From the NCBI GenBank assembly GCA_038209745.1, contig JBBQXJ010000014.1, forward strand, positions 1-64,000: 64,000 nt of DNA. Direction: 5' to 3'. The translations under genes and the position numbers were made by a program. This document shows, in pieces, positions 1 to 9,098 of this stretch. The notes under the pieces were generated by a model, which made no database searches, was not told where the DNA came from, and saw nothing but the letters and a program-made list of their open reading frames with translations. The DNA comes from Verrucomicrobiota bacterium (GTDB lineage Bacteria > Verrucomicrobiota > Verrucomicrobiia > Limisphaerales > CANJSG01). Each line of letters starts with the position of its first letter. The stretch's first letter is position 1.

Positions 1-1
1 G

Positions 2-781
2 CGACAGGGGATTACCGTGGTTGCCGGTGGCGTCGGTGAAGCTCACGTAGCGGTTCCTGGCGTTTTTCCACGCCGGGTCCGACGATTCGAATGTGAGGGT
101 CGGGCTGACCCAGGGATGGTCGGGATTGGGGCCGCGCACAATGCGCTCCAGCGTGGCGACCACCGGGCCGTTGGTGCGGCGGATGGGCAGCGGTTCCGGA
201 CTCCACGCCGGGAATGGGCCCCGGATCGGATTCGGGATCATGACGGAATGGACCACGCGGTATTTCCCGTCGAGAAAGAGGAGCTTGAATTCTTGGTCCC
301 GGCGCGGGGACGAGCGCAGTTGGAACGATTCGATGTGTTGATTCTTTCCATATCCGAAGGAGCTGGTTCCGCCTTCGAGTCCGTAGCGATGGCCGGCTGA
401 ATCCTCGGCGACGAACCAGGTCCACGTTCTGAGGTTTGCACCCGGCGGCGTATTGGTCGGATAGGTGAAACGGAAGTAGGCGACCAGGTCTTCGGGATTG
501 CCGTTCGATCCGGTGAATTCCGACGGCAGCCAATCCTTCATCCGACTGGGAAGCAACCGGCGAAGCAGGGCCAGGAAGCGTGAATCGGAGGTGATGGAAA
601 CGCCGCCTCGCTGCACGGTGATGAGTTCCAGTTCCGCTCCGGAGGCGAGAGTGATCCGAGGTTGGGGAGGATCGTGGTAGAACCAAACCAGATAGGCGGC
701 AGCGGCGAGCGCGGCGACCAGCACGAGACGGAGAAGCCAACTCGGCCGGTCCGCGCGTTCTTCAGAAGTGTCCTTCTCCAT
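2..781 (-). CDS. Hypothetical membrane-anchored protein, 3'-truncated by the window edge
   Basis: Not in the ORF track because it has no stop inside the window. Manual translation from ATG at 781: MEKDTSEERADRPSWLLRLVLVAALAAAAYLVWFYHDPPQPRITLASGAELEL..., open to the window edge, with one N-terminal TM segment. Confidence 0.7.
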   Translation of the reverse strand, partial: MEKDTSEERADRPSWLLRLVLVAALAAAAYLVWFYHDPPQPRITLASGAELELITVQRGGVSITSDSRFLALLRRLLPSRMKDWLPSEFTGSNGNPEDLVAYFRFTYPTNTPPGANLRTWTWFVAEDSAGHRYGLEGGTSSFGYGKNQHIESFQLRSSPRRDQEFKLLFLDGKYRVVHSVMIPNPIRGPFPAWSPEPLPIRRTNGPVVATLERIVRGPNPDHPWVSPTLTFESSDPAWKNARNRYVSFTDATGNHGNPLS

Positions 782-982
782 AACTAGGGCGCGAGGATTC
801 CCGGATCCGGGGCGGTTGGCAAATGCCGGAACTGCGACCATGGGAAAGCAGGGTGGCCTTCCGGAGGGAGCTCCCGCCTGCGCCTCCGATCCGCTTTCGT
901 TCCGCGCCTCAAAACCTCCACGATCAAGCTCTCGCCTTAAACCTAAAACTCGTTCCAGAATAAAGGCCCGTGATCCTGTTAC

Positions 983-1318
983 TCAGGAGACCGTTCGACG
1001 TGCTGCATCCTTCGCTCTAGCCAAGAACCTACTCTGACTTTGCTCGAAGTCTGGGTAACGACCATAAATCCGCACCGTGCGGTCAAGCGACGGAACGTAC
1101 AAGCGGAACGGACCGGTCCACTCTGCGGACGGCCGCCCGGTATCTTCGCCCTCCTCTATGGCCACATGCCAGCATTCCTCGGTTGTGAACCACTGAAAGG
1201 CTACCTCGGGATAAGTGGCGGCCGCGCGCCAGAAGCGGGCACTTGGTCGGCGACTGCGGATATACAGGTAGATTGCGACCGCAAGTACGAGAACAATCCA
1301 TTCAAGGTGCATGCGCAT
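983..1318 (-). CDS. Small hypothetical membrane protein resembling an integron gene-cassette ORF
   Basis: 111 aa with an N-terminal hydrophobic helix (WIVLVLAVAIYLYI). The start lies a few nt after a GTTAGGC core site on the same strand. Confidence 0.6.
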   Translation of the reverse strand: MRMHLEWIVLVLAVAIYLYIRSRRPSARFWRAAATYPEVAFQWFTTEECWHVAIEEGEDTGRPSAEWTGPFRLYVPSLDRTVRIYGRYPDFEQSQSRFLARAKDAARRTVS

Positions 1319-1323
1319 AAGCG

Positions 1324-1350
1324 GCCTAACGACCCAAGCTCAGCGATGCC
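1324..1350 (-). mobile_element. attC-like recombination site, right half only
   Basis: The minus strand reads GCATCGCTGAGCTTGGGTCGTTAGGC: an L'-like box plus a GTTRRRY core, directly upstream of a promoterless ORF. The matching RYYYAAC half was not found. Confidence 0.5.
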
Positions 1351-1406
1351 TCCCGATGGCGGTGCCGCGAGCGCAAAGGAGACATCCAAATGAAGAAGAA
1401 CATTGA

Positions 1407-1489
1407 AGGGGACTTCAAAAAATCGAGCTTTTTGGAAGTCCACTAATGCAGTTTAACAGTGTTACTAGGCTAAACTTAGTTTGGCCTAG
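1407..1489. repeat. Three consecutive AT-rich palindromes
   Basis: 1407-1422/1429-1444 match at 14/16 (aggggacttcaaaaaa / tttttggaagtccact). 1454-1464 is taaca-g-tgtta. 1465-1476/1478-1489 match at 11/12 (ctaggctaaact / agtttggcctag). Confidence 0.7.
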
Positions 1490-1583
1490 CAGGAAGCGGT
1501 TGGTTCAGAGGTTTCTTCATGTGGTAGGCTGGATAAACCGATCGCATGGGACTGGCAAGGGGCGAGTTTGGTCCAACCAAAGA

Positions 1584-1950
1584 AAGGGCGCATCTCAGTT
1601 TCTTGCAGAGTCTCTGAACCTCGAACCCGGACGAGCGAAGCAACCTGGAAGGTTGCCATCCATCAGCCGGGGGTTGAGGAGCGCGGAGCGCGACGACACC
1701 CCCGATGCGCCGCCCAGTGCCGGTGCGGTCGGCAATGGCACCCCGCCGGGGTGCTGTCCCATCGGAGGCCGCCGTTCCCGGGGGCATCGCTGCGCTCAAC
1801 CCCCGGCTAATCGATGTCAACCCTTCGGGTTGGGCTCTACCGCTCGACGAACGCAAGCGCGGCCCCGGATCGGTTCGACTGCGCGGGGCTGATTCACCCA
1901 GGCTGTTTCCTGGCAAATTCGCGGCCTGCAAAAAACTGAGATGCGCCCTT
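1584..1950. mobile_element. MITE-like element with 25-bp terminal inverted repeats enclosing a REP-like nested palindrome
   Basis: aagggcgcatctcagtttcttgcag (1584-1608) and ctgcaaaaaactgagatgcgccctt (1926-1950) are 24/25 inverted. Internal arms: agccgggggttgag...ctcaacccccggct, caccccgccggggtg and caacccttcgggttg. No credible coding content. Confidence 0.75.
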
Positions 1951-2051
1951 AAAGAACCGGAGCCAGGACCTGGAGTCCCACTGCCCCGATCAAGCTGGAG
2001 GACGGCTGGGATTGGATCCGACTGCGGCGGGCTGCTGGCGGGGCCGGTGGG

Positions 2052-2963
2052 TCATGGCTTGGGAGCCGATGCGCGCTCCAGTTCGGTCAACCGGTGCTTG
2101 ATCTCCTCCAGTTCGAAGAAGACGGCGGTGGCGACGTCTTCGGGCGTCACGGCGGTCTTGGTCTCCAGCATGCGGACGACCTGGTCCATTCGGATGCTGT
2201 CGAGCTTTCCCTCGGCCGCTTCGGCCTTGGACCTTCTCATCGAGGCGTCGTAGCGGGTCTCCAGTTGATCGAGCAGTCTGAGCGACTCCGCATGGGTCAC
2301 GCTCACGGCCTTGATGTCGCCGGTGAAAGGCACGCCCTTATCTTCTTCGAGAACTTTCCGGAGAGCGTCGAGCACATCGGAATCGAGGAGCTCCCGGCGT
2401 CCGGCGGCCAGCTGGGTGACGTTCCGTTCGCTGAATTCGAGCAGCATCGCTCCGAGCACGCTGAAGCGGGTGGCCTCGGGACTGGTGACTTCGACCGGGA
2501 CGTTCTTTCCGTCGACGACTTTGGCCGCATAGGCGAATTCATCGGCCTCGGTCTTCCGGGGAAGCCACACGGATTCGTCGGCGATGCGTCGACGGACCGA
2601 GCGGACGATATCCAGCTTGATCGCGGGGGTGAGCCGGGAGACCTGGGTGATCGGGCCCTGGGCGGCTTTTGCGGTGATTTCCGTGGTGACAATGGCGCGG
2701 GTCGGGAAGCGGGTGGTGGTGGTGGTGGCGGCCACAGGTTGGGGCGTTGCAGGGAACGGAGCGAACGGCGATTCTTCGGGCTCTTCCTTCGGGACTGCGG
2801 CCGGTGCCGGTGCGGAGCTGGCAGCCGCCTTGATCGCCTCCGCCTCGGTCGGGACCGCGATCAGTTTCTGGCAGGTGGGACAGGAGATATGGTTGCCGGC
2901 CATGCTCTCATCGGCCTTGAGATGTTGACCGCAGGAGGGGCAGTTGAATTTGTATTCGTTCAT
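2052..2963 (-). CDS. Zinc-ribbon domain hypothetical protein
   Basis: N-terminal CPSC...CPTC zinc ribbon, Ala/Pro/Thr-rich linker, helical C-terminal domain. Confidence 0.8.
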   Translation of the reverse strand: MNEYKFNCPSCGQHLKADESMAGNHISCPTCQKLIAVPTEAEAIKAAASSAPAPAAVPKEEPEESPFAPFPATPQPVAATTTTTRFPTRAIVTTEITAKAAQGPITQVSRLTPAIKLDIVRSVRRRIADESVWLPRKTEADEFAYAAKVVDGKNVPVEVTSPEATRFSVLGAMLLEFSERNVTQLAAGRRELLDSDVLDALRKVLEEDKGVPFTGDIKAVSVTHAESLRLLDQLETRYDASMRRSKAEAAEGKLDSIRMDQVVRMLETKTAVTPEDVATAVFFELEEIKHRLTELERASAPKP

Positions 2964-3047
2964 GGAGTTTGAAAGAAGTTAGAGCATCCATCCCGGTTTA
3001 GAAACCCTCCAGATTTTGCCCCGCCATCGGTGCCGATTGCGCCGCGG

Positions 3048-4232
3048 CTATCGCAGGAGACCCCCGTGATTGTTTCGGCCCTCTGTTGTTGTGGCGAGGG
3101 CCCGGAGTTTGGGCAACGCCGATTCCTCCAGCATCACGGCGACGGTGCCGCCGCTGCCGCCGCCGCTGGCCCGGGCTCCGTAGAATCCGCGATCCGGACC
3201 GAGCGCACGGATCGCCGCGACCATGGTGTCGGTCCCGGGAGAACCGAGGCCGATGGACGAATAGCCGGCATGGGACTGGTAGAGAAGCTCGCCCAGGATC
3301 CGAAGCGTTTCCTGCCTGCGGCCGGCTTGGAATCCATCGAGAAGCGCGACGGCGGCATGGACGCGGAAGTTCTCCTCGACTGGAAAGAGCAAGCCGGCCC
3401 GGACCGGATACTCGCGCCGGAGGTCGATCACGCTAAAAGGGTCGGCCAGCTCGCCGCATCGGGCGAGAAACTGGGCGCCGGTCAAGGTCTCGGGCAGTTT
3501 GTCGAGCGAGAGGGAACGGATCTCCGACGGGCTGAATTCCGTCGCATGGGCCACCACTCGTTCCAGGGCCATTTCCGCAAGAGCACGCCCCATGAAGGCG
3601 GCGGTCCGCGCGGTGGCGTAGGGCGGTTCGGTGACGGCATGTCTCACGCCGCTGGGCCAGCCGACGGCGACGACTCCCTTGGGCAGCTTGATCGAGGGCC
3701 GGAGTTGATCCGGGCGGCAGAGGATCGGGAGCAATTCCCCGGGGACACCATGGGCGACGGCGAGCGGGTCCATCAGGCCGCAGGGCGCTCCGACGAGGGT
3801 GTTCTCGACGTGCTGCGCCAGATGCGCGAGCGCGGTGCCGCGGAAACGTTTTCCGGTGAATGCCTCCAACGCCCGGAGCGTGGCGACTTCCAGCGCGGCG
3901 CTGCTGCCGACTCCCATCGAGATCGGAATCTTGGAAGCGATGTCGAACCGCAGCCCCGTCATCGGCGCCCAGCCGTGCGCCGCGCGGAAGTGGAGGAAAC
4001 ATCCGTAGCTGTAGCGTGCCCATTTCGGGACGTCCTTCGGAGCGGTGTTCCACGGGACGACGCAGCGGCCTTCCGCCGAGCTGGTGAAGAGGAGCTGCTG
4101 TTTGGAGTGCTCGCGAAGGGCGACCCGCGTCTTCAGCGTGAGCGGCATCTGCAAAACGAGCGAGCCGCTGTAGTCGGCGACGCCGCCGAGGAAATCGAGA
4201 CGGCCCGGTGCTTCGGCAAAGGTGGGTTTCAT
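3048..4232 (-). CDS. GHMP-family sugar kinase (galactokinase / L-arabinokinase-like)
   Basis: Likely start MKPTFAEAPGRLDFLGGVADYSGSLVL at 4232 (the track ORF is over-extended). Motifs IPISMGVGSSAA, GAPCGLMD and GARASGGGSGG. Confidence 0.88.
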   Translation of the reverse strand: MKPTFAEAPGRLDFLGGVADYSGSLVLQMPLTLKTRVALREHSKQQLLFTSSAEGRCVVPWNTAPKDVPKWARYSYGCFLHFRAAHGWAPMTGLRFDIASKIPISMGVGSSAALEVATLRALEAFTGKRFRGTALAHLAQHVENTLVGAPCGLMDPLAVAHGVPGELLPILCRPDQLRPSIKLPKGVVAVGWPSGVRHAVTEPPYATARTAAFMGRALAEMALERVVAHATEFSPSEIRSLSLDKLPETLTGAQFLARCGELADPFSVIDLRREYPVRAGLLFPVEENFRVHAAVALLDGFQAGRRQETLRILGELLYQSHAGYSSIGLGSPGTDTMVAAIRALGPDRGFYGARASGGGSGGTVAVMLEESALPKLRALATTTEGRNNHGGLLR

Positions 4233-4267
4233 GGAAAGGATGGACTGCGGTGAGTCGCGGAATGCGA

Positions 4268-5281
4268 TCAGGACAAATGCTTCTTCAGCAACCGGCGGAG
4301 AATGGGCCGCACGGTCTTGGCAAGGTGCGGGTTGGCATAGCCCATCCAAGCGACGGGCGAAGTGGTGTCGAGCGGCGCGCTGAGGGGCTTGCCGGTTGGC
4401 GATTCCACGATGCCGCCGGCTTCGTCCAGAATCAGCGCGGTGCAGATGTCGTAGGGATGGCAGACGAGAGACGACTTCAATCCCAGCTTGGCGAAGACCC
4501 GTGGGCGAATGTCGCCGATCATGCGGTCGTGGCCGACCAGGAGTTCGTAGAGCTGGCCGCCGGTGCTGATGTATTGGTCGTCGAAGACCAATGGAGAACT
4601 GGTGGAGCCCAGACCGTAGAGCTCGTCCCACAGCTCTTCCTCGATCTGCGCGGTGAGCGCCTTGCCCTCGGGAAAGAACCGGGCGAACGACGCGAAGCCG
4701 TGCTGGAAATCCGTCGCTTGAGAAGGGCGCAACGGAAGCTTGGCCCGGGAGCCGTCCCGCACATCGACCGACTCGGCGACGACGCCCTTGGCTCCGCAGC
4801 CCCGGACGGCGCTGACCTGGTCGGCGCGCCATTGTTTGCTGGTCGGCAGTTCGGTCATCGCGGCCACCGCGATGTCGCCGAGGCGGGTCTTGCGGCCACG
4901 CTGGGGCGCAAGGCCGGCGAGGATCCAGGCGGCCCGTTTGTCATACATCAGGCCGCGGGTGCCATCGATGGGATCGAGGATGCACTTGAAGAGCGTCCGG
5001 TTGACGGGCGTGCCGCGCGGGAACGTCTCCGGCGCTCCGTCTTCGATTCCTTCCATGACCAGTTCGACGGGCCAGGCTTTCGGCCAGTTCCGCTCGAACC
5101 AGTGGAGGATCGCCTCTTCGCTGATCTTATCGATCTGGTAGATCGTATCGGCGGCGGTGACGGCGGCGACCTTGGCGAAGTCCTTCGCATGGTCGGCGCG
5201 TGCCGCCACGAGAGTGTCGCGGATGTGGTCCTGGAGCGCGCAGAGCAGCCGGCGGACGCGGTGGAGCTGGGCGGGAGTCAT
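4268..5281 (-). CDS. Inositol monophosphatase / FIG-superfamily sugar phosphatase
   Basis: Metal-binding motifs MEG and LDPIDGT; C-terminal HPYDIC...EAGG. Confidence 0.85.
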   Translation of the reverse strand: MTPAQLHRVRRLLCALQDHIRDTLVAARADHAKDFAKVAAVTAADTIYQIDKISEEAILHWFERNWPKAWPVELVMEGIEDGAPETFPRGTPVNRTLFKCILDPIDGTRGLMYDKRAAWILAGLAPQRGRKTRLGDIAVAAMTELPTSKQWRADQVSAVRGCGAKGVVAESVDVRDGSRAKLPLRPSQATDFQHGFASFARFFPEGKALTAQIEEELWDELYGLGSTSSPLVFDDQYISTGGQLYELLVGHDRMIGDIRPRVFAKLGLKSSLVCHPYDICTALILDEAGGIVESPTGKPLSAPLDTTSPVAWMGYANPHLAKTVRPILRRLLKKHLS

Positions 5282-6324
5282 CTTGGGCCTGCCGCTTGGT
5301 AGTGGATCGGAGAGACGGCGCGGAGTTCGGCGGCTTTCTCGTCCGGGTTGGATTCGTTGGTCATGGAGCCTCCGCCGATCTCCGGGCCGGCGAGATACTT
5401 CAAGGTGTCGGGCGTGCGGAGCGGAGGATGGAATTCGATGTGGAACAGATAGGACGAATGGTCCGCGCCATCGGTCGGGGCTTGATGGATGGCCATCACG
5501 TAGGGCAGGGGCATCTGCCAGAGGTTGTCATAGCGGATGGCGACTTCACGGATCATCCGGCCCAGATCGCCCCGTTCGACGCCCGACAAATCGGCCAGAC
5601 CCGTGACCTGCCGCCTGGGAAGAACCAGCACTTCATAGGCGTAGCGAGCGAACCAGGGGACGCACGCGATGAAGCCCTCGTTCTGGGCGATCAAACGCGG
5701 CCCGGCGATTTCCTTGGCGATGATGTCCTGCCCGAGGTGGCGGCGTGTTTTGGCGAAGAACTTTCGGGCGGCGGCGTCTTCCCGGGCCGTGATCCCGTAG
5801 ACGAGATTGCCGGCGTAGATCTGACCGTGCGGGTGGGGATTGGAGGTGCCGACGAGCGAACCCTTGTTCTCGAAGATCAGGACTTGGTCGATGTCGGGGC
5901 GGGCTCCGAGAGCGATGGAGCGTTCGGTCCAGAGATCGACGACGGCGCCGGCTTCGGTCTCGGTCAGATCGACGAAGGTCTTGGCGTGGTCCGGCGAATA
6001 GCAGACGACCTCAGCGGTGCCCGTCGCGCGGCGCGTGAGGTAGAGATCGTCGCTGCGTTGCGGGGTCGGAGCTTCGGTCGAGAAGCAGGGGAGATCGTTC
6101 GTGAACCAATGGACGCCGGAATAGGCGGGATTCTCGCCGCGCAGCCGTGGGTTCCCCGGACAAAGTGCGCAGGTCGGATCGTAGTGCGGCGGTTCGGCGA
6201 TCAGGGACCGGTGGGTATCGCCGACCCATGGGCGCCCGCCCCGGTGGGACGTGTAGAGCACCCACTCTTCACGGAGCGGGTGCCAGCGTTGTTCCCAGAC
6301 GGGCTTGGTTTCGGTGGCGGACAT
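5278..6324 (-). CDS. galT: Galactose-1-phosphate uridylyltransferase
   Basis: RWHPLREEWV, RPW, CALCPGN, FENKGSLVGTSNPHPHGQ (HPH active site) and HIEFHPPLR. Start MSATET at 6324; 4-nt overlap with the next gene. Confidence 0.93.
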   Translation of the reverse strand: MSATETKPVWEQRWHPLREEWVLYTSHRGGRPWVGDTHRSLIAEPPHYDPTCALCPGNPRLRGENPAYSGVHWFTNDLPCFSTEAPTPQRSDDLYLTRRATGTAEVVCYSPDHAKTFVDLTETEAGAVVDLWTERSIALGARPDIDQVLIFENKGSLVGTSNPHPHGQIYAGNLVYGITAREDAAARKFFAKTRRHLGQDIIAKEIAGPRLIAQNEGFIACVPWFARYAYEVLVLPRRQVTGLADLSGVERGDLGRMIREVAIRYDNLWQMPLPYVMAIHQAPTDGADHSSYLFHIEFHPPLRTPDTLKYLAGPEIGGGSMTNESNPDEKAAELRAVSPIHYQAAGPR

Positions 6325-6611
6325 CGAACGGCGGGAGGATGGAGGGGTCGGACGGTCGGGATCAAGATGACGGATTCCAACTGGCGGCAGCATTTTGGCT
6401 TCTCCAAAAGCCGCCGAGACTCTGGATGAAGCAGAAGTCCGAAGCGTCGGTACGCCGATTTCAGTCGTGCCGTGTTGCGATCAGGCCGGGGGTGTTTCGG
6501 CCCATAAATCCAAGTAAAACGCGCGTCCGGAGGTGGCTTTGGAATTGAGCCTTGGTTGGGGCGCTTCCTGACGGATGGCGTCCCTGAAACAAACCCTGTA
6601 GAGCAATCTCC

Positions 6612-7673
6612 ATGAACATGCCCTGCCTCTTCGTCATGACTGCATTTCTAGGAACCGCCGTCGCGATGGCCGCGGATCAGCCGGGCTTTGTCCGGTCCGA
6701 CTTCCTCTATGAAACGGCGCCGTTTCCATCTTGCCACGCCTCGACATTGGTCGAGACCAAGAACGGCCTGCTCGCGGCGTATTTCGGGGGGACGGAAGAG
6801 CGCAATCCCGATGTCGCCATCTGGCTCTCCCGCCAGACCGACGGCAAATGGTCCGCGCCCGTCGAAGTGGCCAATGGCGTCGAGTCTCCGACCAAGCGGT
6901 ATCCGACGTGGAACCCCGTGCTCTTCCAGCCAAAGGACGGGCCACTCCGTCTCTTCTACAAGAAAGGCCCCAGCCCGAGCGAATGGTGGGGCATGGTCAT
7001 GACTTCGACCGATGAAGGGCGGACCTGGTCCAAGGCCGTCCGCTTGCCGGAGGGCATCCTGGGTCCGATCAAGAACAAGCCGGTGCAGCTGGCCAATGGC
7101 GACATCATCTCCGGCAGCAGCAGCGAGGGTAAGGAAGGCTGGCGCGTCCACTTCGAGCGTTCGACCGATGGCGGCATGACCTGGACGGCGACGCCTCCGT
7201 TGAACGACGGCAAGAAGATCGCGGCGATCCAGCCGAGCCTCTTGATCCATCCGGGCGATCGGCTCCAGGCCCTGGGCCGCACCCGTGCGACGGGTATCTT
7301 CGAGACCTGGTCGGAGGACGGCGGCAAGACGTGGGGGCCGATGATCTCGACCGGTCTGCCGAATCCCAGCTCCGGCACCGATGCCGTGACGCTGCGCGAC
7401 GGCCGCCATCTGCTGGTCTACAACCACAGCCGAAAGGACCGCAGTCCACTGAACATCGCCGTGTCGAACGACGGCAAAGTATGGGAGGCGGCGCTGGTGT
7501 TGGAGGACGACGCCAAGGCGCCGAACGGATTCTCCTACCCGGCCGTGATCCAGACCAAAGACGGGCTCGTCCACATCAGCTACACGTGGCGCCGCGAGCG
7601 GATCAAACATGTGGTGGTGGATCCCGCAAAGCTCGTCCTGCGTCCGCTGGTCAACGGGGCTTGGCCGAAGTAA
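6612..7673 (+). CDS. Secreted BNR/Asp-box sialidase-family protein
   Basis: Signal peptide; Asp-boxes STDEGRTW, STDGGMTW, SEDGGKTW and SNDGKVW; motifs CHAST, GPIKNKP and FSYP. Confidence 0.88.
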   Translation: MNMPCLFVMTAFLGTAVAMAADQPGFVRSDFLYETAPFPSCHASTLVETKNGLLAAYFGGTEERNPDVAIWLSRQTDGKWSAPVEVANGVESPTKRYPTWNPVLFQPKDGPLRLFYKKGPSPSEWWGMVMTSTDEGRTWSKAVRLPEGILGPIKNKPVQLANGDIISGSSSEGKEGWRVHFERSTDGGMTWTATPPLNDGKKIAAIQPSLLIHPGDRLQALGRTRATGIFETWSEDGGKTWGPMISTGLPNPSSGTDAVTLRDGRHLLVYNHSRKDRSPLNIAVSNDGKVWEAALVLEDDAKAPNGFSYPAVIQTKDGLVHISYTWRRERIKHVVVDPAKLVLRPLVNGAWPK

Positions 7674-7768
7674 AGGCGCTGCATGGAGAGCCTTTGCGCC
7701 ACCGACCTCGTTGAGGCACGGCTGCCGACTGATCGGGCTCTTTTCGCAAGCAGGGTAATCGGGCCGGA

Positions 7769-8653
7769 CTATTTGGCCGGGGGCGCGACCTTGGAAGGAT
7801 AGGCCTTCACCAGATAGTCGACGAGAGAGTCGATCTGCGCGTCGTCGAGGATGCCGCCGTGTTTCTTGGAGAAGGCGGCCATCAATGTGCCGGGCTTTCC
7901 GAAAGTGGTCCAAGTGCGCCAGAAATCGGCGTTGGTGTCGGTCTTGATGGCGGAGAGATCGGGGACCATGGAGGCGCGGTGTTCGGCGGTGTGGCAGATG
8001 CCGCAGGCGGTGACGAAGAGCTTTTCGCCGGTTCGGCCCACGGTTGGCTCGACGTGGCATTTGGCGCAGTCGTTCCGGAAGATCGCCTGGCGGTCGGACA
8101 GCGCCGCCATCTGGTTCTGCTGGCGCGGATTGAGTCCGGGCAGCATGGCGGGAGCGCCTGCGGGAATGTCGGAGCGGACCAGGAGAACCTGGGCGCCGCC
8201 CGAGGTGTCCAAGGTGATGGTCTTCGTGACGATGCCGCGTTTTCCGAGAAGATTCATGTTGGCGACCAAGGAGCCGCTTTCACCCGGTTTCAGGATCCAC
8301 GGCTGGCTGGGAAGCTTGGCGACGGTGCAGCCGCAGGAGGTGCGGGCCGAGTTGATCGCGGTGTCGGTTGCCGCGGTGTTGGTCACCCAAAAGATGAACT
8401 CGGCCGACTTGTCCTCGGGCTTGGCCTTGAATTCCTTGACCAACGTGTCCCACACGAGGGGATTGGCCGAGGCAACCGGGGCAGGGGCGGTGGCCGGTGG
8501 TTTCGCGGCCAAGTCCCCGGTGGGCAGGACCCGGTTGGGAAAGGATCGTGCAGTCGGGGCACTGGGTGGAAGCGGCGGAGGAAGCGGCGGCGTTTGCGCC
8601 GGTAAAAGCAACGTCGACACCAGGAGCGAGAAGGTGGCTATCGAAGCGCGCAT
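7769..8653 (-). CDS. Secreted DUF1573 (Ig-like) plus diheme cytochrome c protein
   Basis: Signal peptide, Pro-rich linker, TSCGCT motif typical of DUF1573, two heme motifs CAKCH and CGICH, distal Met in GTLMAAF. Confidence 0.82.
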   Translation of the reverse strand: MRASIATFSLLVSTLLLPAQTPPLPPPLPPSAPTARSFPNRVLPTGDLAAKPPATAPAPVASANPLVWDTLVKEFKAKPEDKSAEFIFWVTNTAATDTAINSARTSCGCTVAKLPSQPWILKPGESGSLVANMNLLGKRGIVTKTITLDTSGGAQVLLVRSDIPAGAPAMLPGLNPRQQNQMAALSDRQAIFRNDCAKCHVEPTVGRTGEKLFVTACGICHTAEHRASMVPDLSAIKTDTNADFWRTWTTFGKPGTLMAAFSKKHGGILDDAQIDSLVDYLVKAYPSKVAPPAK

Positions 8654-8696
8654 GGGGGAAAGTTAGAGTTTGCCGGGCGGTTTTCTAGCGGAAACA

Positions 8697-9086
8697 TCAC
8701 GGGACGATCACTTGGCCCGTCGGAACGGGGGCGACCACCAGGCCGGCGGAGGACAGATGAACCGGTTGCTCGCTCATCGTCGTGGTGATGGTCGAGGTGT
8801 GGCTGTAGGAATAGGTGTGGCCGAAGGGGATGTTCTGGGAGTCGGTGGTCGTCCTGGAATCCTGCGTTCGGGAACCGAGATGGTAGATCCAATCCTCGCG
8901 TCCCTCAGGGAGCCGTTCTCGGCGGATGGGAGGGCCGAAAGATTTGAGCAGCTTGGCCCGCGACATGCCCAACAGCACGGGGGTCGCCATGCCCGCCGGC
9001 GGTGGCGGTGGCGCGGTCGCGCAACCGGCCAAGAGCCAACCCGCACCGAGAATTGGAAGGGCGAGGCGATGGGGCAGGGGAGACAT
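8697..9086 (-). CDS. Lipoprotein with SmpA/OmlA (BamE)-like motif
   Basis: Lipobox LAGC; GMSRAKLLKSFGPP...EDWIY pattern. Confidence 0.6.
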   Translation of the reverse strand: MSPLPHRLALPILGAGWLLAGCATAPPPPPAGMATPVLLGMSRAKLLKSFGPPIRRERLPEGREDWIYHLGSRTQDSRTTTDSQNIPFGHTYSYSHTSTITTTMSEQPVHLSSAGLVVAPVPTGQVIVP

Positions 9087-9098
9087 GGCGAGCGGGAG

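Noticed and set aside
1476..1931. ORF with the repeated peptide CKKLRCAL in opposite-strand frames
   Set aside because: An artefact of translating the MITE terminal inverted repeats.
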